From Carcharhinus amblyrhynchos (taxonomy: Eukaryota): 64,000 nt of DNA. A model generated the notes under the pieces. That model saw only the letters and a program-made list of their open reading frames with translations. It was not told the DNA's origin and ran no database searches. The stretch covers positions 94,054,001 to 94,118,000 of the forward strand of contig OZ336872.1 of assembly GCA_965287045.1 (NCBI GenBank). The letters run 5' to 3'. Positions 38,712 through 52,056 of this stretch are shown in pieces. The translations under genes were made by a program, and so were the position numbers. Each line of letters opens with the position of its first letter. The first letter of the stretch is position 1.

Positions 38712-39934
38712 CAAAGTAGTTATTATATGCTCTAGCCTTGCCTAGTACCTCTAGCCATATATCACCTTCTTTGTCCCAAATAGGAACAACAACCACCCCA
38801 TCTCTTACTATTATGTCGGTGGAGCATATTTAGGTTCCCTTTCAAGTTGAATGGCATTCTAATGTCAGATTTCTTTTTGCCAATCTTATATTCCTCTTCA
38901 TTCCCCCCCTTGGCCTATCGTATTTGATCTGTTTTTTGCTTGATGAATTTAGTTTACACATAAAACAGCTCATCAGAACCTTGGAATTCATGGAATAAGA
39001 GATCTGAATACTGCTCTGTGATATATTGAACAGCATGCCAATACACTGCAACATCAAGTCACCTGATACTGTGTGTGTTTTTAATTACTTCACAGTATTA
39101 GTGATAGCTTATTGAACTATATCTCATCTAATTGGCCATTCTTTAGCTGTGAGTTGAAGTTCTGAGCCTGTCCAACTATGGCTGAACTGAACAACCACAC
39201 TTTGCAACAGTGGTCAATGGGTAACAATTGGACGTGGACCCAGGGTCATTTTTTTCCATAAAAAGGTAGCTTTATTTTGAGCAATTCTTAACTCCTACTT
39301 TCATTGTAATTAGCTAATTTAGTGCAGATTTGAAATCAAATTTGGGATGTTTGTCCTGTTGATCAACTGGCTTGGAAGCAGTTACCTTTACCTACCAGGC
39401 CATCAGAGGTGTTTGTACCTTTAATTTTCACAGAATAAACTGTAACCTTTGTCTGGGGAAAGTCATTGCCACACAGATCAAGCAAGTATTTGTTTGATCC
39501 TACCGGAACTGATGTTTGCTTAATGACAACAGTAGGTAAACCCATGTGGAAAAATATTTTCAATTTTATAATCCCACCAATAAATTGCAAAGCAGCCCAA
39601 CCATTGGGTGTAGATTCATAGGCAAAGATTACAGGGTGATACCCATTTAACTTTTGTTGCAATTAATCAGGCATGGCATCCATTCTATTATAAACACAAA
39701 TGAATTGCACTGGCCTGTGATGTTGAATGGAAATTCTGTGCTTCATCTTGGCATGGTGCCATTTTCCTCATAAGCGTAGGCACAGGTTTAATCTTTAATT
39801 TCCTCCTGTGACTCCAGGCAAGAAAGTTTTGATAGATTGGTGCAACATTGACATTTTAATTTCACACCCGTGTAATCAGAATTTTAACTTTTGAGACTTA
39901 CAGCAATATAAACTACAATACATACGCTACATCT

Positions 39935-40210
39935 GTTTTTTGCATGAGATGTTAAATAGACAATTCATTTGCATCAGTGCACATAAAATATCTTGTGGCA
40001 CTATTCAAAGAACGCAAAGGGGTTCTTCCAGTAAATTGACCAAGAACTAACCCTTAACCAACATTGCTAAAACAAATCTGGTCATTTATCTCCTAGCTTG
40101 CACACAGCAAGATACTAGCTAACTGATGTGTTTCCTATATAACAACAATAACTACATTGCAGAAATATTTGGGACACCCTTAGGCCATGTTAATTCAAGT
40201 ATTTGTTTTA
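39935..40210 (+). mobile_element. degraded Deu-domain-type SINE 3' part
   Basis: gagatgttaaatagac...taaaatatcttgtggcactattcaaagaacgcaaaggggttcttcc...aaacaaatctggtcatttatctc. Confidence 0.5.
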
Positions 40211-40261
40211 ATGTGTGGAGAAGCTTTCTTCGCTATATTCTACTAGTGCTTTGGATGACAT

Positions 40262-40507
40262 ATGATGGGATTTTCCAGCGCCGCCTGCCACTGAGATCGT
40301 CCAGTCCTGCTGAGTATCATTGGACTTTAGGCTGGAAAATTGCAGCCCTTGGCTAAGTACCTCATATTGGTTGATCAAAGTCCCTCAGAGAAAATGGGTG
40401 GGATTTTACAGCCTCGCTTGTCCCAAAACCGAAGAAATCCTGCCCGAGGTCCACAAATCTTTCTTTTGATGATTCCTGTGATAGGTGAGGTGATAAAATT
40501 CTGGCCA
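40262..40507. mobile_element. two adjacent ~90-110 bp MITEs of the GGG..(G/A)ATTTT TIR class
   Basis: gggattttccagc/gctggaaaattgcagccc and gggtgggattttac/gataaaattctggcc. Confidence 0.55.
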
Positions 40508-42139
40508 TTTTTTTTATTCTTTTAAAAAAAATTGTCAGGAAAGCTGCTCTACTAGGAGCTTATCTGATTCCCAATTAAAGATAAAATGATACATAATGGA
40601 AGACCATGTCTCCTAATAACAACACATCATCATTGGACCCATGGCATGACAACACTGGCACATGTAAAGAAACAGCCCCCAGTCTACTTAGTTAACTTGC
40701 AGCAAGACTTGTGTCCATGGGTATTATACATGCAAGAGGAAAGCATATGTGGGTTTGCCTGGCATCATTTTCCTGAAAGCGATGAAACTTATAAAAAAGC
40801 TAATGCACCAGTTTCACTATTTCAGCCGGGCAGCGTCTATAATAATTGCTTTGATATGTGTGTTTTATTCTTTGAGGAGATTCATAAGATATCTGACAAG
40901 CCAAAATCCAGTAAACTTAGCATGGGCAAGCTTCTCACATAAATTGCTGTGCAATAAGTAAAATAATTGTATGGAGTGTTTGGAGACATTTCATTGACTT
41001 GATAACAGACTGTATCAGTATTTTGTTCGTTGTAAAAGTGGTGATACCAGACTGTAACCGTGCTCTTTGCAATACACCAGCTGTTCTCCCAGACCATGCA
41101 GGAAACAGCCTGACCCATCAATTTACATTTGATGGTTTGGCACTATTTTGGTAATTTTGCAACACTTCCGTATTTTACTGATGATACAGATTTCCATGCT
41201 GAAAACAAACCTACCTCATAATCTGACTGAGCCCAACCATTCTGTTAGGCAAGTGGTCACCTTGGCATCAATCTAAAATTACATTCCAAGACAGAAAGCA
41301 TTCATTCAGCACAACTTCTTAAACTAACTGTGAAGTACTCCAAAAAAATTCCATTGTACAAGAATCTGGACAAGTCTGAAATAGCAAGACATTCAAGAAA
41401 TATGACCAAATTTAACTTGGAGCACTGTGTGTGGAACACAAGTAATCGCTTTGTGTATTTAAAGGTGGAGTGCCAAGCTCCTCTATGATTTGCTGTATTG
41501 TGTAGATGACCTTTACTATTTATTTTTCAGGTGGTAAGTTGACCCTGTCATTGATTTGGCAAAGTCAGCCTCTACAAGCCTTTCAAAGGCTCGTGCTACA
41601 ATCGAGCTATTGGCGACATGAGTTTAATTTTATCAGTTCCCTCCAAGTAACTGAAGGGAGTGGGGCTGGTAAGAGAGCAGGGACCCATGTCAGGATAGCT
41701 CCCCATCACTACCCTACTGCTGGGAAAGCTTCCTGACCTCTGAGAGAAGACAGGCTGTGAGGCAGATTGGTTGTCTGCTGAAGGAAGGTGTGCAACTGAT
41801 GTACATAATTAAGGCCCAATGTTAGGCCATTGTATGGGACTGCCTCCATTTTTCTAGAGATGGAGTAACAACAACCACCACCCCCCCGCCACTTCAAGTG
41901 AGGAAGCCACTAGCTTCATTAAGGGCCTGTGGCAAACCAGGGGACTATCGGAGCCACAGGCAGAAAATACAGCCCTGTGGCCCCAACTATCACAGTGGAG
42001 GGCTTTTGCTTCTATCCATGGAGCCCTGTGTCCTTGATGCCGAAATTTTAATTTTTACATCCCTACCTGACAGTGTTTCATGTTCAAGTGGCCTCGCAGT
42101 CTCCTCGCTGGCTCAGCAGTGCCCATCTCTCCTAGGATA

Positions 42140-43525
42140 GATCGGTCATTGGGAAAGTGTTAAGAGTCCATTATAAAGGATGTAATAGCAGAGCATTTAG
42201 AAATGCATAATCAAGCAGAGTCAGCATGCCTTGACGAAGAGGAAATCACGCCTGACAAATTTATCAGCATTCTTGAGGTGGTAATGACCATGATGGATAA
42301 AGGGGAACCTGTAGATACAATATGCTTGGATTTCATTAAAAAAAGCAGTTGATAAGGTACTACACAAAGGCTAATTAATAAGAGTCCATGGTGTTGGAGG
42401 TAGTATGTCAGCTTGGATAGAAGATTGGCTAACTGATGGAGGAGTTGGCGTAAGAGGACCTTTTCAGGATGACAACTTGTAACCAGTGGTCAATGTTGGG
42501 GCCACAATTACTTACAACATATATTAATGACTTGGACAAGGCAAGTGAACTATTACCAAGTTTGTGGATGACACAAAAATGGGTGGGAAGGATGGTGGTG
42601 GTGAGGATGATGCAAAGGCCAGAATTTTACCGCCTTGCCCACCCTGATTCTGGGGGGTGGGCAAAGCTCATTTTCCGTTGGCCTTGGGCGGGATTGTATG
42701 AAGCTTGAGCGGATGTGCTGGTAAACTTTTACCCAGACGGGCATAGACAGATTGTCTTGTGAGTGGGCAACGACTTGTCAGATGGAATATAATGTAGGAA
42801 AATGTAACATCATGTACTTTGGTAGGAAGAGTAAAGGAGCTCAATTATATTTAAATGGAGGAAGCTGCAGCAGTGAGCGTGTCCTTGTAGCTAGCACGTA
42901 AATACAGCAGACAATAGGGAAGGTAAATGAAATGTTGGCCTTTATTTCAAAGGAAATGGAGCATAAAAAGGGAAGTCTTACTAAAACTATCCACACCTGG
43001 ACAACTGCAAACAGTTTTGTTTGTTTTATCTCAGGAAAGATGTGCTGGCATTGGAAATTGCCTAGAGAAGAGGTTGATCGGGTTATCTTCTGTGGACAGG
43101 CTGAGTAGGCTGGGCATGTATTCAGTAGAGGCTGGAAGAATAAAAGACAAACTTATTGAGACATATAAGATTCTCAGGAGGTTTGACAAGGTAGCCGCTC
43201 CTTGTGGGAAAGTCTAGGATCTCAGGGCATAATCTCAGAGTAAGAGGTCACCCATTCAAGTCAGAGATGAGGAAGAATTTATTCTCTCAGAGGGCAATCT
43301 GTGGAATTCTTTACCGTAGAGAGCTGTAGAGGCTGGGTCGTTAAATATGTTCAAGGCTGAGATAGACAGCTTTTTAATCAATAAGGGAAACAACAGTTAT
43401 GGGGATAAGGAGGGAAATGGGGGTTGAGGATTACTACATCAGATCAGTCATGATCTCATTGAATAGCAGAGCAAACTTGACAGGCTGAATGGCCTACTGT
43501 TGCTTCTATGTCTCATGATCTTATA
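42140..43525 (+). mobile_element. degraded CR1 LINE (RT to 3' end), apparently inserted in a GC-rich MITE (~41650-43730) and itself interrupted by a MITE (~42617-42735)
   Basis: SIIKDVIAEHLE..KQSQH..RKSRLTNL-like reading, atatattaatgacttggac (YINDLD), 3' end aggctgaatggcctactgttgcttctatgtctcatgatcttat. Confidence 0.85.
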
Positions 43526-43911
43526 GTGGTACTGTTGTGGCTGCTGGTCCCTCAATTGGGCTGACAGTATCAGAAGCCTGCCTGCTATCTTTAATTGGAT
43601 GGTAAGCTCACAGACAGCCAGTTAGGAGCCATCCTACGATAAAATTTTAGGGTGATCCCACTGCCAGGATATGTGGGCTTGGACTCACTTTTCAGCCTGG
43701 CGCCAAAGTCAGGAAAAATCAGCCTTATTAGTTTCAGTAAACTAATTATTGTTGGTCAATAAGGAATTCACATAAGCCAAGAAAAGGATACTTTTCCTAT
43801 GTTAAACATATTTTACAACAATATTGCAATAAGATGAGCTAATATTTTTACGCTGATTATTCCCACAAAAATATATTTTTAAACCTTGCAGAATTTCTAA
43901 ATTAAGCAGAA

Positions 43912-44193
43912 AGTAAAGTTTATTTATTAGTCATAAGGAGGCTTCCATTAACACTGCAATGAAGTTGCCACACTCCAATGCCTGTTCGGGTACACTGAGG
44001 AAGAATTTAGCATGGCCAATGCACCTAAGCAGCATGTCTTTTGGCCTGTGGGAGGAAACCAGAGCGCCCGGAGGAACCCCACATACACATGGGGAGAGCA
44101 TGCAGACTCTGCATAGACAGTCACCCAAGCCAAGAACCAAATCTAGGTCTTGGCGCTGTGAGGCAGCAGTGCTAACCATTGTGCCATCTTGCC
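43912..44193 (-). mobile_element. HE1-like SINE with alternative tail
   Basis: aagtttatttattagtca ... ggcgctgtgaggcagcagtgctaaccattgtgcc. Confidence 0.9.
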
Positions 44194-45679
44194 ACAACAG
44201 ATGCATTCTGAAACATATGACAAAGAGCTACACATAGAAAGAAAGGTGGGAATGGTGCTGATTTTCCAGAAAATAGTCATTATGCAAGAAGTATTTTAAC
44301 TTGAGCTTTACGTAATTTACTGCGATTCTGTAGAACAGTTAAAAAGAATCTGCCTTATTGTTTGTGCAGTTGCCCTGGAAGAAATGTCATTGCGGAGGAA
44401 TTTTAATTGTAGTTTTCAGGACGTTTTATTATCAGCAAAGGAGATTACAGGCACACAGTTGGGAAACTGCTCATCGCATAGCACGAGGGGTGGTGCACAG
44501 GGGTGGTTAATGAACTCTTTAGGAAGACAGATAAAGTTGTTTCAGTCAGCACCGTATAAATCAATGGATTATCATCGAATTGGAATTTACCTGCTGGCAG
44601 TGTTGGCTGGGGGCCCATTCCCAGGGAGTTGTCTCAATACAGTGAGCTATACAAACCTGCCAAAAAGAATCCCTATTTAGCCCTGAGGTGAAAATGCAAA
44701 ACACTTCAGTTATAAGTGACTTAAAACAGCAACCTAAAAGCACTTAACCTGCTCCGCTGCCTCTTTTTGCAATACTGGAAGTAAAATTATAATTTCTTTG
44801 AATGGTTTTCTGAAGAACGGATTTGCTGTGCTTTCCCTTTTGAAATCAGCAGCTAAATCCAGGCCAAAATGAAAGCTTTTCTCTGCTCGTTTAAGGCTTA
44901 TAAGTGAAGTGAGTTTGTCCATCCTCAACATGGAGGTTGGTGTGTGAGTTCATCATACAAAACTGCTATATATTTCAGCATTAATTGGTGCTCCAGTATA
45001 TGTCTCAATCAGAGATAACACAAGGATGGCTGGTGCTGGTAATGGAAATGTCACACTAAGCAGTGGGAGGTGGTTCTATGGGACCAAAGTGCATTGATGG
45101 AGTAGATTAAGGGAGGCTTACTCTACATTCATAAGAAGTGCTTGATGTTCACATTTGGTTAAAAAGGTTTCTCAGTGCTGATGCCCTTCATGTTAATAAC
45201 CACAAATTATATCTGCAAAAGTTTCAAGTTAGTTTCCACTGACAGAGGCCTTCATTATCTATAGGTATGTGCACGTTTAATTTAAAGTTGCTCAAATTAA
45301 TACATAAAGGGAATTGGAGATTGTAATACGTCATGCCATCTATTTTATGCTGTGCTTCTTTGTACACTCAACATAAAACAGAGCTAAGCTCAAGAACTTG
45401 TTAGATTTACCTTTAATTTAGAGTTAGTCAATTCTACTTGTCCAAAATTGCAGCAGGTATTGCGATGATTTTTTGTTTCATCTCAAATTACCTGAAGAAA
45501 ATAATTAGTTGTGAGTAACTATATGGTGCAGAAAACATCTATAGCTGTTCTGAATTATATCACATCTTTTCATTCAATAAGTGTATGCCAACTCTAGCTT
45601 TACGGCTAGAGCAGAAACATTAAATTAAAATTTTTCACAAATTGAGAAATCACCTTTTGTTTAAAAAAAACTCAACTTT

Positions 45680-46016
45680 TGTGGACAGCGCAGTGCTAAC
45701 AGTTGTCTCACATTGCCAGGGACCCGGGTTCAGTTCCAGCCTTGTGTGTATGGTGTTTGCACACTGTCTCTGTGTTTATATGGGTTTCCTCCGGATGATC
45801 TGGTTTCCTCCCACGGTCCGAAGATATGCAGATTAGGTGAATTGGCCATGCTAAATTGTCCCTTAGTGTCCCAAAATATGTAGATTAGATGGGATTAGCC
45901 ATGGTAAATGTTTGGAATTACAGGGATAGGGCCAGGGCAGGATGTTCTGTCGGGGAGTCAGTGCAGACTTGATGGACTGAAAGGCCTGTTCTGCATTGTA
46001 GGGATTCTATGATTCT
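45680..46016 (+). mobile_element. HE1-like SINE, CR1-type tail
   Basis: gccagggacccgggttcagttcc...gggtttcctccggatgatctggtttcctcccacggtccgaagat...gtagggattctatgattct. Confidence 0.9.
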
Positions 46017-47817
46017 TTCTCCCTCCTGCAGGTGATGACTTATCCTGGCATGTGGTTCTGCTTGTGGCAGACATTCTTTTGAACTTAACCTGACTGCCCA
46101 TTGCTTGCATGTAGATTGGCCACAAATTGTGAGGAGCCAGTAAACTCTCCTTCATTCGAATTATTTTGTATATCTTTGCTAGCTGAACTCCACCTGATTT
46201 TCTGTGGGTCAGACATTCATTGCATTTAACTTTGGTGGTGGAAGATTCTGCAGGTCAGTCTGCCAAAGCATTTACACACATGCCGTTTACCTAATTGGGA
46301 TGCTCATAATAAAGTGCCTGCATACCTCACTGTCCACGCACACTTAACATCATTCCTGTCCAAGGAAATTATGTCTATAATGTGGCTTTTACAATCTTGT
46401 GCTAGCCAATCACAGTGCTGACATATCAATCTCAACGTGATTAATTCCAACTTTTAGTACTAAATATAAACAGTTTGGCTGAGTATAAACTGAAGTGAGT
46501 ATATAGATCTAAGTTACTATCTAAATTGAACGTTTCACACTGTTTGTTGAAAGATAATTCATTATCTCATGATTGTTAACTTTTAGAATAAAATGGACAA
46601 AGTCTATTAGTCTAACCATCAATTACGCTAGTAACAAGTCCCCTGTGTTGAAATTTGTATACTTAGTGAGTGACCTAATACTATTTTGGTGTTTGATTTT
46701 AGTTAAGTGTGGAGTGGGAGAGCATATTTAACCTTTGGTGTCAAGATACTAGGCTTTTAACTGAGAAAAGATTAGCCAGTGTATATATTTCTTTATCTCT
46801 TGCCTTGTTCACTTTTATAGCGGGCAAAAGAATGTTACATAAATACCTGAAAAATAGTCAAATGATTTATGATGAGCATCCTTACTGGCTTCGGCCTTTC
46901 ACTTTTTACCCCCTCAATTAGTCCACATCAAACATGTGTTGAGTGTACCTGTGACTCACCAAAAAACTTGCTGCACTCCAATGATGATCACTCACAGGCA
47001 CAGACTGTTAGCCATGCCAACTGGATCATTGAATAATAACTGTTCTTTGTTTCAATAACCTAGCTACTCGGGTTGATCCCAGCTGCTCTCTGAGTTTGGG
47101 AGTTAAATAGCTTTTTAAGGATCAATGTGGCTTAAAAGATCAGAGATAATCCCAGGCAGACTACCCAGTTTTTTAAGATATGGATCTGTGCTTCCTTCAC
47201 TTTCCTTTGTTCCAGGAATCATGTAAATAATTCCCCTGTTACAAGTGTGAGATCAGTATAATTCCTCAAACTGATTATTTATTATTGCACAACATTATTA
47301 ATGGATAGTGTTTTATAAATCACAACTACAAGTTCAATTCATATCCGGCTTCAGTTTATTTGTTTTGCCAAGATACCAAAGCAGGAGGAGAGAGTAGTTT
47401 AAACAATAGAATATTTCATTAACTACTGTGATATGTGGTCCCAACACAAGCTACACAGATCGCCAGCTTCAATACTCAGGAGGTGTTTTTTTTCTGTCTC
47501 AAATATATTTGCAATATTTATATTCTCAAGCAGAATGCCTAATCTCTGACATGACTTAGTAATTCCACTAATTTAAGTCTTCCCATTTTCCTTCTTGCTC
47601 CAAAAGAAGTATTTAATCTTTTGCTAGCAGTGTGCTCATTAATATGAAGGAGGGGACAGGGCCTGTCTCCGCTATTTAAACACAAGACACAGGCTGAAAG
47701 CGTCTCTGGGGAAAGTGTTTGTCTCTGGGACAGCTGAACAATCTGAAAGGCTGACTGTACAGCTCAGCTCTCCAATCACTTCTCAGTATTGAGTCCTTGC
47801 GAAAACCAACCTTAATA

Positions 47818-47945
47818 TGCAAAAGCAAAATACAGCGGATGCAGGAAATCTGAAATAAACACAGCAAATGCTGGAAGCGCTTACGTTCTGGTGGGATTCG
47901 TGAATAAAGAAGCAGGTTTAATGCTTCAGGTCTTTTATCAGAATG
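47818..47945 (-). mobile_element. PLE family B terminal fragment
   Basis: aaaagcaaaatacagcggatgcaggaaatctgaaataaacacagcaaatgctggaa is the reverse complement of 31530-31580. Confidence 0.65.
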
Positions 47946-49396
47946 GCTAACAAATATCTTTGTGAAGGTCAGGATTTTCAATTTCATTCTGTATGTTAAA
48001 TTGTGGCTGTTCGCATTTAATCTGCCCCTGATATATATGGAGATCAAACATTCATGGATTGGTGCACTCTAGAACTGACCCCATAGAGTTTGAAAGGATA
48101 GTGGGTCCAACAGATGCCCATGTAATTACAGGCATATCACAAATGTCCATCTGCCCTGCGGTACTGGAAGGTCTACCGCCTGCCAGTTATCGGGGCAACG
48201 GGAGTGGTGGTGGGGTGGGCGGGGGCAGGTGGTGGTGCGGTTGATAACACAGTCTACCCAAAACAGATCATTTCACATTCCATTTGGCCGCTGTGTTGAA
48301 GGGGGCCGATAATAATTTGGCTCTTTCCAAATAAATAATGTTGCCACCTTCCCTGGCCCAGATTCGTAACCCTCGTAGTGCCTGTTGTACCCTCTGAGAG
48401 GTTGGTATGTCTCGTCCGACCATGCAGAGCCTGTAGCCTTACAGTGGATTCTTTATAGACCAGAGAAGCAGCAATTTTCAAGGAAGTGTTTGTCTTTCAC
48501 CCCACCCACTCAGTCAAAAATGATGAAGGCTTTATTCTTTACAAGACTGAGTAAACATTACTGAGTAAACATCGCTGCATGAGGTAAACACCTAGTGTAT
48601 CCAGATCCTGGCCATTTTTCACACTCCCCCTAGTGTTATAATACCTGCAGAGTCTTTTAAAAAGGAACTTGAACTTCCAGTGAATGTGTGGAAGTATTAC
48701 TCAGTGTTTAATACTTTAATTGTAACACATTAACTAAAAACAACACTGACGAGTCACTATTTCAGCAGGCAATTTAGGGTTGCATTCTCCCATCTGTGAC
48801 TAATTCCAGTGGTGGGGCAGGAGCAAGGCATGTTTCCACTATGGAGCATGGTGGGAAACTATGCCATATCTTCCTGCCCTGACCTCATTAATTATGCACC
48901 CCGGGGGTTCAGCACCATGTTCCATGGTAGGTCAGACATAAAGGTTTGCATCCCACCATCAGATCTGAGCGCCACGTTGAAAAAATGCCCAGCATCACTA
49001 AAGAAAAAAACATGGACCTAGAGAAAAAGATGGTTCTCCAGAAACACTCTGAGGCTGGAAGATGGACCTCTTTGATGACACTGAACCTAGAAGACCTGCC
49101 TGTAGATACTCCCTCCACCCACTGGGTTGGTATTCCGGGTTACAGAGTTAGTGGCAAACTCCATCCTGAATGCTGGAAGCAACTCCAGCTATTGTTAAGG
49201 TAAGTCCTGACTTCTGCATACCACATTGTTCCAGATGTGTTCTGAATTCTCTCCACACCCGCCATTGAACCTGTCAACGGGCCATTGGAGAATTCGGCTC
49301 TTAGACTCTAAACTGCAGGAAAACTGTCCTCACTCAAAATGATCAAAAATCCCCTTCCATGGTTATGCTTCACCCTGTTCTTTAAGGAGACATTTA

Positions 49397-49921
49397 GGCC
49401 ATGATTCTCCAATTTCAACCCGCAACTTTTCTGTCACATCGCAGTGGGAGACATGCGTCTGTGGCCTTGAGTAGGGATTTGCGCATGTGCCGGTAACACA
49501 TGCGCATCTCCCAGAGGCTGCGAATAGTCGCCAGCCAGACTCTGCTGGAAACTGGCGGGAAGGCAGGTAAGTCATTTAAATCTGTTTTTAATCTATTTTA
49601 ACTGTGCCTTTTAGGTCCTGATCAGGCCGTGGGGGGTGGGCTGGAGGGGCAGCACTGTGGTGGCCCCAGGCTGGCCAGTGATTGGGCTGGCCAGCAAACA
49701 GGAGATTGACAGTTTGAGGCCACTGTGCATGCATAGAGCTCCGGAACTGTCAAATCTTGGCATGAATAGACCCCTTCCCCCCTGGTTTCTTAATGAGATT
49801 CATGACTAGGACCTCTTCAGTGCACAAAGTGCGGCGATTCAGGTGAGAAGCTGAACTGACAGAACAGTCGGGATTTAGAACAGTTCCCTGACAATTCAGT
49901 ACTTTTGGGAGAAATTGCTCC
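49397..49921. mobile_element. Harbinger-type MITE
   Basis: ends ggccatgattctcc / ggagaaattgctcc; internal gcgcatg(c/t)gc motifs as in 53186-54054. Confidence 0.6.
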
Positions 49922-50387
49922 TCTTAGTTCTCCAGGAACCAGCATAAAGCTATTCCTGGTTCATTTTCCTTTTTCTAGCTAGTTTACTTCTACTCCCAGT
50001 ACTAACTTTCATGAGATATGTTAGCTTGGTGATCTGCCCTCCCACCCCTCTAGCCAAAGTAGGGTGAATCTTTTAACATTGCTTAAACCTTCACTATCTC
50101 GAGCTGCCACCTGCACATTGAGTAGTGTGCAGTAGAGACTTGCCTCTATTTCTCTGCTCTCACTTCCTCTGGCTTGTCATGAGATTCAGGGATATCTTTA
50201 GAAAAGCTTGTCCCTCAATCTTCCTTCTCTAAGCACATGGGCCTTGTATCTGGATAGAAATGCTAATTACCTACCCTCTCAACTCTCCAGTTCCATTATT
50301 TTTATCTTGGAAGTATATAGACAAAATAAATTGTAAATAGACATTTGCAAAACCTTTTATTTCGCCACCTCCCTGGCAACAAAAGAC

Positions 50388-50514
50388 AGCCCTATTTGTG
50401 AATAGAACTCCCACTCACCTGACGAAGGGGCAGCCAGCACTCCAAAAGCTAGTGGCTTTTGCTACCAGATAAACCTGTTGGACTTTAACCTGGTGTTGTG
50501 AGACTTCTTACTGG
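50388..50514 (+). mobile_element. PLE family A terminal fragment with hammerhead core and 9-bp TSD
   Basis: TSD acaaaagac at 50379-50387 and 50515-50523; cac-ctgacga...ccaaaagctagtg; arm aacctgttggactttaacctggtgttgtgagacttcttactg. Confidence 0.85.
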
Positions 50515-50804
50515 ACAAAAGACTGACCATGGTCAGCACAGCTGCTCTGGTCATTGTCTACAGCTATGAATATTTTGCATCTTCTTCCCAGTAAGACAAC
50601 ATGCCGTCTACATTCAACCCTTAACAGCCATGCCACCCGGTTGGTTTTCTCAACAGAATTCAGAACAGGTCACATGACCTTCATCAATCCTCCATTTTAT
50701 CCTATATTAAAGACACAGTCCCAAAAGATAACAATCTTCTAAACCTTTTATCTGTAACAGTAAATCCCTTTCAGAGCTCCAGAAGAAAAAACCGAGGAAA
50801 TTCA

Positions 50805-51710
50805 AAGAAGGAAAAGAACGAAGAAAATTACAGCACAGGAACAGGCCCTTCGGCCCTCCAAACATGCACCGACCATGCTGCCCGACTGAACGAAAACCAG
50901 CTAGCCTTCCGGAGACCATATTCCTCCATTCCCATCCTATTTATGTATTTGTCCAGATGGCTCTTAAAACCCACTATCATATCTGCTTCCACGGCACCCA
51001 CCACCCTCTGTGTGAAAAAAAACTTGCGTCCTGATAGAAGTTTATAAAATGTTGAGAGGAATGGATAGGGTGGATTCTCAGAGGCTATTTCCCCGGGTTG
51101 AAATGGTCACTACGAGAGGACACAGATTTAAGGTGCGGGGAGGAAAGTACAGAAGTGATGTTAGGGGTAAGTTTTTCACTCAGAGGGTGGTGAGTGAATG
51201 GAATCGGCTGCCGTCAGTGGTGGTGGAGGCGAACTCACTGGAGTCTTTTAAAAGACTTCTGGATGAGTATATGGGGTTTTATGGGATTGGGGGTTATAGA
51301 TAGGTCTATAGATTGGTAGGTGTTGATGTGATCGGCGCAACTCGTGGGCCGAAGGGCCTGTTTGTGCTGTAGTGTTCTATGTTCTATGTTCTATACGTCT
51401 CCTTTAAACCTTGCCGCTCACACTTTAAATCTGTGTCCCCTAGTAGTTGACCCTTCCACCCTGGGAAAAAGCTTCTGACAATCCACTTTGTCCATGCCTC
51501 TCATAATCCTGTAGACTTCTATGAGGTCTCCTCTCGACCTTCATTGCTCCAATGATAACAAACCAAGTTTCTCCAACCTCTCCTCATAGCTAATGCCCTC
51601 CATACCAGGCAACATCCTGGTAAATATTTTCTGTACCCTCTCCAAAGCCTCCACATCTTTCTGATAGTGTGGTGACTAGAATTGAACACTATATTCCAAG
51701 TGTGGTCTAA
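50805..51710 (-). mobile_element. CR1 LINE 3' fragment (outer, interrupted at ~51031-51394)
   Basis: tail aattacagcacaggaacaggcccttcggccc; body cataccaggcaacatcctggtaaa homologous to 52500-52522. Confidence 0.85.
51031..51394 (+). mobile_element. CR1 LINE 3' end (inner, young) with (TTCTATG)n tail
   Basis: ORF LIEVYKMLRGMDRVDSQRLFPR...TRGHRFK...FFTQRVVSEWNRLP (CR1 ORF2 C-terminus); ends gttctatgttctatgttctat. Confidence 0.92.
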
Positions 51711-51902
51711 GGTTCAGTTTCCTTATTATTTCTTTGTAGTGATTGCTTACTAAATCCCTCAATCTAAAGCTCTCAAGATTTTACTGTGACATTTGAGAGG
51801 ACCTGAGAGACAGGAAGATGGTAGCTTTGGCAATATTGTACTTATCATTATCTGTGATTATGCAAATGATTGTCATTTAAGCTCCATATTTCAGTTCTAC
51901 GT

Positions 51903-52026
51903 GCAAACGAAATACTGAGGATGCTGGAGAGCTGAAACAAAAACAGAAAGTGTTGGAAAAGCTCAGCCGGTCGGATAACATCCGTAGAGAGAATAACAGA
52001 GTTAAAGGGCGGAACCTTGTTCAGGC
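51903..52026 (-). mobile_element. PLE family B terminal fragment
   Basis: ggatgctggagagctgaaacaaaaacagaaagtgttggaaaagctcagccggtcggataacatccgtagagaga. Confidence 0.7.
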
Positions 52027-52056
52027 ATTGAGACTCTAAGCTGCTGACTGTGGATT

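Noticed and set aside
6327-48570. Short tandem duplications (tgataatg.catt at 6330; caggatgtgattcaaa x2 at 6862; ctgtggcaaagg..aaat.tccctc x2 at 31150; actgagtaaacat x2 at 48546)
   Set aside because: Ordinary slippage duplications with no sign of function
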